Source of the DNA: Clostridiales bacterium
GTDB taxonomy: Bacteria; Bacillota; Clostridia; Christensenellales; CAG-138
DNA: 64,000 bases
Assembly (NCBI GenBank): GCA_004557245.1
Contig: SFEL01000002.1
Span: 92,102-156,101, forward strand
Direction: 5' to 3'
The notes beneath the pieces are model-generated. The model was not told the origin of the DNA. It searched no databases and was given only the letters and a program-made list of their open reading frames with translations. Within the stretch, counting starts at the first letter, position 1, and each line of letters begins with the position of its first letter. Both the position numbers and the translations under genes were made by a program. This document shows positions 18,263 to 26,786 of the stretch, piece by piece.

Positions 18263-19303
18263 TTATACTACTTCTATCGCATGCTCTCCCTTGGCCTTTA
18301 TGCAGCCTATTATGGCAGCATCAGGCGTATGAGCCTTTATATCGTCCAAAAGCCTGTGGGCCTGATTTTCCGGCAGGCTTATAAGCAGGCCGCCGGAGGT
18401 CTGCGGGTCAAACAGTATATCTGACACCGCCCTGTTTACCGTCTCGCATATGCTTACCTTGTCCTCTATGAATTCCCTGTTGCGATATGCGCCCGCAGGA
18501 ATTATGCCCATGTTTGCAAATTCCAGCGCGCCGGGAAGTATAGGTACCGCGTCCGCCTTTATCTCGGCGGTAAAGCCGCTGCCCTCAGCCATCTCCCGGA
18601 CGTGGCCCATAAGGCCGAAGCCGGTTATATCGGTGCAGGAACTCACCTCATATTTCAGCATTGATTGCTGCGCCTTTGCGTTGAGGGCGGTCATGGCAGC
18701 TATAAGGGACTTTTCGTACTCTCCCGAAAGGAGCTGCGCCTTTGCGGCGGTAGTGAGCACTCCGCTGCCTATAGCCTTTGTAAGTATGAGAAGATCGCCC
18801 TCCTTTGCCGAGGAGTTGGAAAGAACCTTATCGGGTCTTACAAATCCTGTCACGGCAAGCCCGTATTTCGGCTCCGGGTCCTCTATGGTATGGCCGCCGC
18901 AGAGTATGGCGCCCGCTTCCAGCACCTTATCGGCGCCGCCCGCAAGTATTGCCTTTACGGCGTCCTGGGGCAGCTTCTTTGACGGGAAGCAGAACAGGTT
19001 GAGCGCCAGCTTGGGCGTACCTCCCATAGCGTATATGTCGCTTAGGGCATTTGCCGCCGCCACCTGTCCGAAGGTGTACGGGTCGTCCACCATAGGCGGG
19101 AAAAAGTCCACGGTCTGTATTATGGCCGTGTCGTCGTTTATCTTATATACCGCCGCATCGTCAGCCGTATCAAAGCCGACTATAAGCTTCGGATCGGAAT
19201 TTTTCGGAAGGGTGGAAAGCATCGCGTCCAGTACCCCCGGACCTATCTTAGCCGCTCACCCCCCGCAGGAGGTCATAGTAGTCAAGCGCACGTTGTTGGA
19301 CAT
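18263..19303 (-). CDS. selD: selenide, water dikinase (selenophosphate synthetase), selenocysteine-containing; in-frame UGA at 19256-19258
   Basis: The track ORF (18263-19222) starts inside the gene. Own translation from ATG 19303 gives MSNNVRLTTMTSCGG-U-AAKIGPGVLDAMLSTLPK. The TGA aligns with the catalytic Cys17 of E. coli SelD (GAGCGCKISPKVL). Downstream blocks GFDTADDAAVY and DIYAMGG are SelD-typical. Confidence 0.85.
19226..19242 (-). other. candidate bacterial SECIS hairpin
   Basis: RNA GUCCGG-GGGUA-CUGGAC: a 6-bp stem with a G-starting 5-nt loop containing GU. The stem begins 13 nt after the UGA, and the apical loop is 19 nt from the UGA. Confidence 0.45.
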
Positions 19304-19389
19304 TATTTAGTACGGTTCCTTTCGCATTCTAATAGCATTATACACCAATATGGTATATTCCAACAAATATAATTATCAAATGCGCAAAA

Positions 19390-19488
19390 CAATAAAAAGC
19401 CCCGCATATGGGGCCTTTTGTTGCAGTCGGGGATAACTGAAATTCAGTTGGGTGGGGAAAAACGTTAAATGGCACTTGTTTTTTCTTG
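19390..19488 (-). ncRNA. candidate ~95-nt small RNA with two unpaired C-rich motifs and its own terminator
   Basis: Minus strand has -35 TTTACT (19518-19523), 17 nt, -10 TATAAT (19495-19500). The predicted transcript contains UUCCCCACCC, hairpin AACUGA-AUU-UCAGUU, AUCCCCGAC, then GGCCCC/GGGGC terminator plus UUUUUAUUGUUUU. There is no plausible ORF. Confidence 0.3.
19394..19419 (-). terminator. rho-independent terminator lying between divergent selD and LysR genes
   Basis: AAAAAGCCCCGCATATGGGGCCTTTT has a U-tract on both strands, stronger on the minus strand (TTTTTATTGTTTT). Confidence 0.55.
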
Positions 19489-19585
19489 TAATTTATTATA
19501 ATATAAAACACAGCATAAGTAAAATGAATGTTTTTATATAGTAGTATGAACATTTCTCATTTCTAAAAGGAGCGGAACATCGGGT

Positions 19586-20491
19586 ATGGATATTAAAAAA
19601 CTTGAAGTCCTTCTGAAGGTCATAGAGACCAAGAGCCTTACCGCCGCTGGAAACCAGCTTGGCTTCACCCAATCCGGCGTCAGCCACCTTATCAAAACCA
19701 TAGAGGACGAATTCGGCTTCCCGGTGCTGATACGCGGCAAGGGCGGAGTGCGGCTGACCGAAAACGGCCGGGCGCTGCTGCCCGCCATACGTGAGATACT
19801 CAATGCCAACGACCATATGGACCAGATAGTTGCCAATATCCGCGGTATGAGCTTCGGCAGGCTTCGCATAGGCACTTTTGCCAGCGCGTCTGTGCTGTGG
19901 CTCCCAAAGATAATAGAAGAATTCAGCCATGACTACCCCGGTATACAGATAGAGATAATCGTAGGAGGCAACGACTCCCTTATAAGCCAACTTGACGAAT
20001 CCTGCATCGACTTCGCCATAATGAGCAACCCGCCTCAGGGCTATGAGTGGATACACCTTGCCTCAGACCGCATGCTCGTCCTGCTTCCCCCCGGACACAG
20101 ACTGGTAGACAAGGACAGAGTTACCCTCGACGAGATTGCTGACGATCCCTTCATACTCTCCAACGAGGGCTTTGACTACGATGTTTCACAGATAATCAAA
20201 GGCAGCGGCATAACCCCCCGCCTCTCATTTTCCACCATGGAAAACCGCGGCATAATCGCCATGATACAGCACGGCCTCGGCGTGACAGTGATGCCTGAGA
20301 TGGTGTTGGACAGCCTTGAGTCCAACGTAATAACCAAAGAGCTTTCTCCCTGCGAATACCGTCACATGGGCATAATAGTAAAATCCGTCCATACCGCATC
20401 GCTGGCGGCCAAGACCTTTATCTCCTACGCTAAGCGCATAATAAGCGAGCTTGGCACATACCCGCCGATAGAGGGAGAATTAAACGCATAA
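19586..20491 (+). CDS. LysR family transcriptional regulator
   Basis: N-terminal HTH LEVLLKVIETKSLTAAGNQLGFTQSGVSHLIKTIEDEFGFPVLIR plus a LysR substrate-binding domain. Confidence 0.9.
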   Translation: MDIKKLEVLLKVIETKSLTAAGNQLGFTQSGVSHLIKTIEDEFGFPVLIRGKGGVRLTENGRALLPAIREILNANDHMDQIVANIRGMSFGRLRIGTFASASVLWLPKIIEEFSHDYPGIQIEIIVGGNDSLISQLDESCIDFAIMSNPPQGYEWIHLASDRMLVLLPPGHRLVDKDRVTLDEIADDPFILSNEGFDYDVSQIIKGSGITPRLSFSTMENRGIIAMIQHGLGVTVMPEMVLDSLESNVITKELSPCEYRHMGIIVKSVHTASLAAKTFISYAKRIISELGTYPPIEGELNA

Positions 20492-20535
20492 AAAATAGCC
20501 TGCGGTATTGGCAGGCTATCTCTTTTTGATAAAAA

Positions 20536-21069
20536 TCAATAATTCTCCTCGCGCACCTCGAAGTAGCTCCTGGGATGGTTGCATACGGGGCATACCTCGG
20601 GAGCGGCCTTACCCACTACTATGTGGCCGCAGTTGCGGCACTCCCACATGCGCTCGCCCGCTTTTTCAAATACAGCGTTCATTTCGACGTTGTTAAGCAG
20701 GGTGCGATAGCGCTCCTCATGGGTCTTCTCTATTCTTCCAACCGCACGGAACTTATCTGCAAGCTCTTTAAAGCCTTCTTCCTCCGCTTCCTTTGCAAAG
20801 GTATCGTACATGTCGGTCCATTCGTAATTTTCGCCCTCTGCAGCCGCCTTGAGATTCTGGGCAGTATTGCCTATACCATCCAGATACTTAAACCACAATT
20901 TTGCGTGTTCTTTCTCGTTTTCGGCAGTCTTGAGGAAAATCGCGGCTATCTGTTCATAGCCTTCCTTCTTTGCGACGCTTGCAAAATAGGTGTACTTGTT
21001 CCTTGCCTGGGATTCGCCCGCGAACGCGGCCATCAGATTTTTCTCGGTCTTTGTACCCTTAAGCTCCAT
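20536..21069 (-). CDS. rubrerythrin
   Basis: Diiron four-helix domain ([35 protein letters not shown]) plus C-terminal rubredoxin-like CRNCGH..CPVCNHP. Confidence 0.9.
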   Translation of the reverse strand: MELKGTKTEKNLMAAFAGESQARNKYTYFASVAKKEGYEQIAAIFLKTAENEKEHAKLWFKYLDGIGNTAQNLKAAAEGENYEWTDMYDTFAKEAEEEGFKELADKFRAVGRIEKTHEERYRTLLNNVEMNAVFEKAGERMWECRNCGHIVVGKAAPEVCPVCNHPRSYFEVREENY

Positions 21070-21100
21070 TTGTGTTATCTCCTTTATGTTAATTATTATA

Positions 21101-21117
21101 TTAAGAATAATTCTTAA
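21101..21117. promoter_or_regulatory. perfect 8-1-8 palindrome TTAAGAAT-A-ATTCTTAA, Fur/PerR-family-like operator upstream of rubrerythrin
   Basis: It lies 32-48 nt upstream of the rubrerythrin ATG, immediately upstream of a minus-strand TATAAT (21095-21100). The inner 7-1-7 resembles the Fur-family box architecture. Confidence 0.45.
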
Positions 21118-21351
21118 TCTTATTATATTCTTTTTACCACAAATGTCAATATCTTTTGCATATTTTATTTTTTGCCCCTCGTATGTTATTTTATCCCGCG
21201 TGGGATCCGTGTATCATTTACCTAAAGGACAGCATAAAAGCAGACCACAAAAAGAACGCCGACAACGCATAAAAGCACAATGCTGAGACTGGTTTTCGGC
21301 GTTTTCTAATTCCGCAATCCACCTCAAATCATTTTGTATGAGATAATTTTT

Positions 21352-22302
21352 CTACTGTTCTTCTGTTTCCGCCGTCTCCTCAATATAGCCGTCCGGTTGG
21401 GGTATCTCGGCGGGTATTTTTGAAGCATCGTCCACAAAGGTTATCCTGCCCTTGCCATTCTCAACGCGGGCTTCCGGCTTGCAGCTGCCGACAGCGTACA
21501 TATTGGAATGCTGCTCGGTTATGAAAAGCCCAGTTGCCTCGCTGCCGCCGGCGGCATTTATGCTCACAGCACCTTCAATTGCGAATTCATAAATTTCAGC
21601 GCCGTGATACCTGCCGCGATTTTCTACGGTAAGCGCAGAGCCGTCCGCCATTGAAAGCTGTCCATCGCATTTCAGTGCATTGTAGTTTTCATCGGTATAC
21701 GCCGCAAGGGACGCGCCCTTTTCCAGAGTTATATCCGACCTGGAGTTGACTCCGCCCAGTACTCCCTCCCCGGATACGCTGGCTCCGGCCTTTATTGTTA
21801 TATCCTCGGCGTCTATGCCCCGGCCGTTGCTGCCCTTACACACAAGGCTGCTTCCCTCGGATACGATAAGCTCATCGGCGCAGAGTATTCCGTCCGATAC
21901 GCCTATTATGTTGGCGTTTTCACCGCCTATTTCAGCTGAACCGAGGCAGCCGATAGCCGTTGATCCGCTGTGTACCGTAATATCGTTGAGCGTAAGCTTG
22001 CAGCCCTCGTCGAGGCGTATTATGCAGTCCCCAGTGCCGCTTAGGGTATAGCCATTGCCATCTATCGTAATGGGACCCCGCTGTGCAGTAAGCTTGAGCA
22101 TGGTATCCTCCATGCTGAATGAGGCCGCAAGCACGGCCGTGTCGTTCTCACCGTATTTGAAGAAGGCCTCAAGATCCGCCGCGGACAATATTGAACTGCC
22201 GCTAAGCGGGTCAGTCAGGTCTATCCTTTCATTGTTGGCGGAACAGCCTATGAGCAAAAGTGTCATAGCCGCCAATATGGCTGTTATAATCGTTTTCTTC
22301 AT
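21352..22302 (-). CDS. lipoprotein with parallel beta-helix-like repeats (Cthe_2159/pectin-lyase-fold-like), function unknown
   Basis: MKKTIITAILAAMTLLLIGCS lipobox. Repetitive G-x-[ST]-x-[IVL] turns (ITIDGNGYTLSGTGDCIIRL, ITVHSGSTAIGCLGSAEI, ITIKAGASVSGEG). Confidence 0.45.
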   Translation of the reverse strand: MKKTIITAILAAMTLLLIGCSANNERIDLTDPLSGSSILSAADLEAFFKYGENDTAVLAASFSMEDTMLKLTAQRGPITIDGNGYTLSGTGDCIIRLDEGCKLTLNDITVHSGSTAIGCLGSAEIGGENANIIGVSDGILCADELIVSEGSSLVCKGSNGRGIDAEDITIKAGASVSGEGVLGGVNSRSDITLEKGASLAAYTDENYNALKCDGQLSMADGSALTVENRGRYHGAEIYEFAIEGAVSINAAGGSEATGLFITEQHSNMYAVGSCKPEARVENGKGRITFVDDASKIPAEIPQPDGYIEETAETEEQ

Positions 22303-22315
22303 CTATCCCGCTCCT

Positions 22316-23923
22316 TTACATCGGCCGGAAAATGGCCATTATGCGTTCCGCGGCACGCATGCCGTCCACTGCGGCACTTACTATTCCTCCGGCGTAGCCC
22401 GCTCCCTCGCCTACGGGGTATAGCCCCTTCATGCGGGTAGCACAGCCCTCCTCGTCGCGCTGTATGCGAACCGGAGAGCTGGTGCGGCTCTCTACCGCAG
22501 TAATAACCGCATCGTCCATATCAAAGCCCTTTAGTCTTCTTCCGAACGCCGTTATTCCGGCGCGTATGCCTTCGGACACAAAGTCCGGCAGACACTGGTA
22601 CAGGTCGCTTCTGCACACGCCTGGCCGGTAAGTAGGCTTTACGCTGCCGAAGGCCTTAGGGGCAGCCTTCCTCAAAAAGTCGCCGACGCGCTCCGCAGGG
22701 GCGGTAAAATCCCCGCCGCCGGCGTAATACGCAGCCCGCTCTATTTGTTCCTGAAAGTCCAGCCCACCAAGGGGGCCGACTGTATAATCCCTGCTGTCTA
22801 CCTGAACAACTATGGCCGCATTGGAATTCTGCTCATCGCGCGCATGGCGGCTCATGCCGTTTGTCACCACCTGCTCAGGCCCGGACGAGGATGCCACCAC
22901 CACGCCGCCGGGACACATGCAGAAGCTGTAAACTCCCCTGTTTCCAGCCTTATCCGCAAGATGGTACTCCGCCGCGCCCAGCCTCGGGTGCGATGCAAAC
23001 TCGCCGTACTGTGATCTGTCTATAAGCTCCCTTGGGTGTTCTATGCGTACACCCACAGCGAAAGCTTTGGGTAAAAGCTCAAGCCCTATATCGTACAGCA
23101 TATGGTAGGTATCCCGTGCGCCTTGGCCTGTAGCCAGTACACATGCGGAACAGGGTATCTTTTCCTTCTCACCGTTTTTCTCCACGGTTACAGAGGTTAT
23201 CTTATCTCCGCTGTCCTTCTCCAGGCCCACGAGCTTAGCAGAAAACCTCACATCGCCGCCCATGCGCACTATATCCTCGCGTATGCTTCTCACCACCTTG
23301 ACCAGTATATCCGTGCCTATGTGCGGCTTTGCAAGCAGGCGTATTCTTTCCGGCGCTCCGTGGTCTGCAAGTATGTCTATCACGTCGTGAGCGCGGCTGT
23401 CCTTTATGCGCGTGGTAAGCTTGCCGTCCGAAAACGCTCCTGCCCCTCCCTCTCCGTACATGAGATTGCTGTCCTCCTTGAGCCTTCCGCCGTTCCAGAA
23501 AGTCTCAACGTCGAGAGTGCGCCTTTCTATAGGTTCGCCACGCTCTATCACGATGGGCTTGTAGCCGTACTTCGCCAGAATATATGCCGCAAAAAGCCCG
23601 CCGGGGCCCAGCCCCACGACTATGATTGGTTTGTCCAGGGGTATGCTGCCGGTGGCGAGCTCGCGTATTTCCCGCGCCCCCGCCTCGCATACCATAGGCA
23701 GGCCGCGCTTTAACAGCCGTCTTTCTTCCTTAGGTTCAAGGCTTATCTCTACGGTGTATATGAAGCAAATGTCGTTTTTCTTGCGTGCATCGAGGGAAAT
23801 GCGCTTTATCGCAAGCCCCTTTACAGCGTTTTCCGGTATACCAAGAGTCTTTGCCGCCACCTTTGACAGCAAAGACTCCTTTTCATTCAGCGGAAGCTTT
23901 ATATCCTTTACTAACAGCGCCAT
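22316..23923 (-). CDS. FAD-dependent oxidoreductase (COG2509-type)
   Basis: 535 aa. Rossmann motif IIVVGLGPGGLFAA, GGAGAFSDGKL, C-terminal GLYPVGEGAGYAGGIVSAAVDG. Confidence 0.75.
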   Translation of the reverse strand: MALLVKDIKLPLNEKESLLSKVAAKTLGIPENAVKGLAIKRISLDARKKNDICFIYTVEISLEPKEERRLLKRGLPMVCEAGAREIRELATGSIPLDKPIIVVGLGPGGLFAAYILAKYGYKPIVIERGEPIERRTLDVETFWNGGRLKEDSNLMYGEGGAGAFSDGKLTTRIKDSRAHDVIDILADHGAPERIRLLAKPHIGTDILVKVVRSIREDIVRMGGDVRFSAKLVGLEKDSGDKITSVTVEKNGEKEKIPCSACVLATGQGARDTYHMLYDIGLELLPKAFAVGVRIEHPRELIDRSQYGEFASHPRLGAAEYHLADKAGNRGVYSFCMCPGGVVVASSSGPEQVVTNGMSRHARDEQNSNAAIVVQVDSRDYTVGPLGGLDFQEQIERAAYYAGGGDFTAPAERVGDFLRKAAPKAFGSVKPTYRPGVCRSDLYQCLPDFVSEGIRAGITAFGRRLKGFDMDDAVITAVESRTSSPVRIQRDEEGCATRMKGLYPVGEGAGYAGGIVSAAVDGMRAAERIMAIFRPM

Positions 23924-23932
23924 TATATGTGC

Positions 23933-25210
23933 TTATTCCTTTATAGTTACTGTGACCTCAGGCAGTGATACCGTCCACCGGAGGTCTGTCTGCATCTCCT
24001 TGGAGGCAAGAGATACCATGGGAGTAATTTTGTATGTTCCAGCAGTAAGTCCTGTCAGATCCACGTATACCGATACATCCTTGCGCCGGAGCAGCTTCAT
24101 GAGGCTGGTACGGCCGGTTATGCTCACGTCGCACTCTGCTGCGGAAAGTTCCGCCGTAAGCTTCTTCCCAAGGCCCTTAGTCTCTATTGGCACGCCCTTG
24201 AACTGTGCGCTGTCCTGCTTCTCCCTTATGCCCACATATACCGTGATATTTGGGTCGTCCAGCAGCGTAGTTCCCTCCGGCGCGGTTATCACTACGTTTT
24301 GTTGTACGCTTGATGTGCTGCCGGAAACGTCGATATTTTCTATCTTGATGCCCGTGAGACCGGACAGCGCGCTCTCAGAACCCACTACCCTTACGGTAGG
24401 CGGCGTTGCCACCACATCGTATACCTCATAGTTCGCCGGCAATGCATCCGCGCCGAGCACGGCGTCCGCAGCGTTTATAGGCAGTTCCACTATGCGCATC
24501 ACATCCATCTTTACAACGACGGACGGCAGCGTATCGAGGAACAGCGCGGTATCTATCTCATCGCCGTTCTTATCCACATATTTCAACAGTATCGCCTCGT
24601 TATAGGAGGTGGTCCTGTCCTCAAGGTCTATGGTGCATATGGCTTTGGATATGGTGGATACGTCATCTCTTGGGCCGCTGACCTTTATGGACTGAGAAGC
24701 AAGCGTAGGCTCGCTTTTCCAGTAACCGTACGGCAGCTCGCCGGAGTACTCAACGTCTATGGGCACGAGCATGGTAGCCAGTTCATCTACCTCTATGGTT
24801 ATCTCACTGGGGCTCACGTTCTCCACCGTGCCGAGACTTGATGTAGCGTCTATTTTGAGCTTATACGTATCCGCCTTGTTGACCGGACGCAGGCTTACGG
24901 ATGCGGATATATCCGATGCGTCGAGGCCAGTATAATCCGTAAGCTGCACCTTTACCCTTACCGTTACGTTTCTGAGTATATCGTCCCTGTCGCCGCGCAC
25001 GGCAAGGCCGCGATCATGCAGCGAGCTTTCGCCGGAAAAGCTTATAGGAACGTCCGTTATGGTCTTTACCCTCTTTGGATTGACCTCTACCATAACATAG
25101 CCCCATATCAGCATGGCAAACAGCAGCGATACTATCTTCAATGCGAGATTTTTCGTAAAGAAACCCTTCAGCCAGTTAAGTATGATGGCGCCTATGTCGT
25201 TCTTTTTCAT
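23933..25210 (-). CDS. cdaR: YbbR-domain protein, CdaA regulator
   Basis: An N-terminal TM and four YbbR-like repeats. The start overlaps the cdaA stop (ATGA). Confidence 0.8.
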   Translation of the reverse strand: MKKNDIGAIILNWLKGFFTKNLALKIVSLLFAMLIWGYVMVEVNPKRVKTITDVPISFSGESSLHDRGLAVRGDRDDILRNVTVRVKVQLTDYTGLDASDISASVSLRPVNKADTYKLKIDATSSLGTVENVSPSEITIEVDELATMLVPIDVEYSGELPYGYWKSEPTLASQSIKVSGPRDDVSTISKAICTIDLEDRTTSYNEAILLKYVDKNGDEIDTALFLDTLPSVVVKMDVMRIVELPINAADAVLGADALPANYEVYDVVATPPTVRVVGSESALSGLTGIKIENIDVSGSTSSVQQNVVITAPEGTTLLDDPNITVYVGIREKQDSAQFKGVPIETKGLGKKLTAELSAAECDVSITGRTSLMKLLRRKDVSVYVDLTGLTAGTYKITPMVSLASKEMQTDLRWTVSLPEVTVTIKE

Positions 25211-26118
25211 TTCTGATTGCCCTTCCTTCTTCTGAAGCTGCTGAGGGAAGGCATCTGGAATTCCCTTTCCTTATGGATAAATATGGATTCAAGGAGGTTC
25301 CTTAGCGCCTTGCTGTCAATGTAGCGCACCAGCTTGCCGTCCCTGGCCATGGATATGACGCCCGTCTCCTCGGAAACGATTATGGTGATGCTGTCGGACA
25401 CCGAGGATATGCCCAGTCCCGCCCTGTGCCTTGTGCCCAGCTCACGGGCCACTGCTATATCCTCCACCAGGGGCAGGATGCAGGCCGCCGCGACGATTTC
25501 GTTGTTGCGTATTATCATAGCGCCGTCATGCAGCGGAGTGTTGGGCTCGAATATGTTTTCTATAAGGGGGGCGGAAATGCGCCCCTCTATAAGCGTGCCG
25601 GTATTTATTATATCGCCCAGGCCGGTACGCTGCTCTATGACTATCAGCGCGCCTACCCTGCGCTTGGCGAGGTCGGTTATGGCCTGATGCATTTCACGCA
25701 CGGTATCCTCGGAGCCGTTGTCTATTATGCTGCCGAAAAACTCGCGCGAGAACAGATTGCCGCGGCCAATATGCTCCAATGCGCGGCGAAACTCCGGCTG
25801 GAACAGTACCACAGCCAGTATAATGCCCACAGAAAGCAATGAATTGAGCAGCCAGCTTATAGTCACCAGCTGCAATACATCGCTCACCAGCGCGGCTATG
25901 AAGACAATGCCTATGCCCTTTAGTACCTGAAACGCCCGGGTCTCCTTAGTCAGCAGTATCAAATGATATATGAGCACGGTTATTATAGCTATGTCCACAG
26001 CGTCGCTCGCCCGAAACTGCTGGATACCGCCGGAAATGGTTTTTACCAGTACATTATATGCCAATGGCCTGCACCTGCCTTTCGCTGCCGTTTTTATGCG
26101 GCAAAAAGCTTGCCGCAT
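25207..26118 (-). CDS. cdaA: diadenylate cyclase
   Basis: Three TM segments plus a DAC domain (GALIVIEQ, PLHDGAMII, LGTRHRAGLGISSVSDSITIIVSEETG). The start codon is uncertain, because the only in-frame ATG lacks a good RBS. Confidence 0.85.
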   Translation of the reverse strand: MRQAFCRIKTAAKGRCRPLAYNVLVKTISGGIQQFRASDAVDIAIITVLIYHLILLTKETRAFQVLKGIGIVFIAALVSDVLQLVTISWLLNSLLSVGIILAVVLFQPEFRRALEHIGRGNLFSREFFGSIIDNGSEDTVREMHQAITDLAKRRVGALIVIEQRTGLGDIINTGTLIEGRISAPLIENIFEPNTPLHDGAMIIRNNEIVAAACILPLVEDIAVARELGTRHRAGLGISSVSDSITIIVSEETGVISMARDGKLVRYIDSKALRNLLESIFIHKEREFQMPSLSSFRRRKGNQK

Positions 26119-26143
26119 TCTTTTAGCATATTGATTATACTAC

Positions 26144-26175
26144 AAGCCCGGCATGCTTTCACCGCATGCGGGCTT
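26144..26175 (-). terminator. stem-loop after the 26209-26520 gene (12-bp stem, one bulge); weak U-tract
   Basis: AAGCCCGGCATGC-TTTCACC-GCATGCGGGCTT. On the minus strand it is followed by GTAGTATAAT, which may be the cdaA -10. Confidence 0.45.
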
Positions 26176-26208
26176 CTGTTAAACAAATATTTACAAAGGA
26201 AATGAATG

Positions 26209-26520
26209 CTATTTCCCGCCCTCGGCCTTTGCCTTTTCCATAAGGGACATTACCGCTTGGACAGATAGGACGTAATCGTCCATGCCGCGGTTTATGTCGC
26301 ACACCCGGGCGCTGGTCAGCGTGCCGCTGCTGCGGTACTCATCGGTTATCTCCTGCTCCGCTGTGTCCATTATCAGCTGATACTTTGCAGCCATATCCAT
26401 GGCACTTTCCACTATTTTCTTTGAAATGCCGTTCTGGGCATCCTTACGTAGGGCTTTGGCCTCCGCTGTTGCCTGATCGAGTATTTTCAGTATATCTTTA
26501 TCGCTATCGTAACCCTTCAT
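26209..26520 (-). CDS. hypothetical all-helical 103-aa protein
   Basis: ORF with RBS AGGGGTGA. No TM segments and no motif I recognise. Confidence 0.5.
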   Translation of the reverse strand: MKGYDSDKDILKILDQATAEAKALRKDAQNGISKKIVESAMDMAAKYQLIMDTAEQEITDEYRSSGTLTSARVCDINRGMDDYVLSVQAVMSLMEKAKAEGGK

Positions 26521-26613
26521 CACGCAAAATCACCCCTACTATATGATATGCTGTTATTTTAACACAATATACCGATTTATTAAACAGCTTTTTTTAATGT
26601 ATTTTCCCCAAAA

Positions 26614-26775
26614 CTAAGCGATTATCGCGAGCAACACCGCTGAGAAAGCCGCAAGCAGTCCCAACGCCATCGCGCTCGCCCCGCTGCTTCCCTTTCCTTC
26701 GCTTATACAATACGCGCCATACAGCACGCAGTATGCTGCGCCCGCCGCGCACAGCGCCAAAAACACAGTATCCAT
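26614..26775 (-). CDS. 53-aa two-TM protein, possible germinant-receptor D-subunit-like ORF (below ORF-track cutoff)
   Basis: Own translation: MDTVFLALCAAGAAYCVLYGAYCISEGKGSSGASAMALGLLAAFSAVLLAIIA. The ATG lies 11 nt after the gerAC-like stop and is preceded by AGGGA. Confidence 0.4.
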   Translation of the reverse strand: MDTVFLALCAAGAAYCVLYGAYCISEGKGSSGASAMALGLLAAFSAVLLAIIA

Positions 26776-26786
26776 AGTTTTTCCCT

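Noticed and set aside
19338-19553. 71-aa minus-strand ORF in the selD-LysR spacer
   Set aside because: It runs straight through an intrinsic terminator and the selD promoter. It is AT-rich, has junk composition and no RBS. The region is better explained as a small RNA unit plus promoter.
19304-19585. Looked for tRNA-Sec (selC) next to selD
   Set aside because: No cloverleaf is present. The AACTGAAATTCAGTT hairpin has a 3-5-nt loop and no acceptor or T arms. No tRNA-like GGTTCRAATCC motif was seen anywhere in the window.
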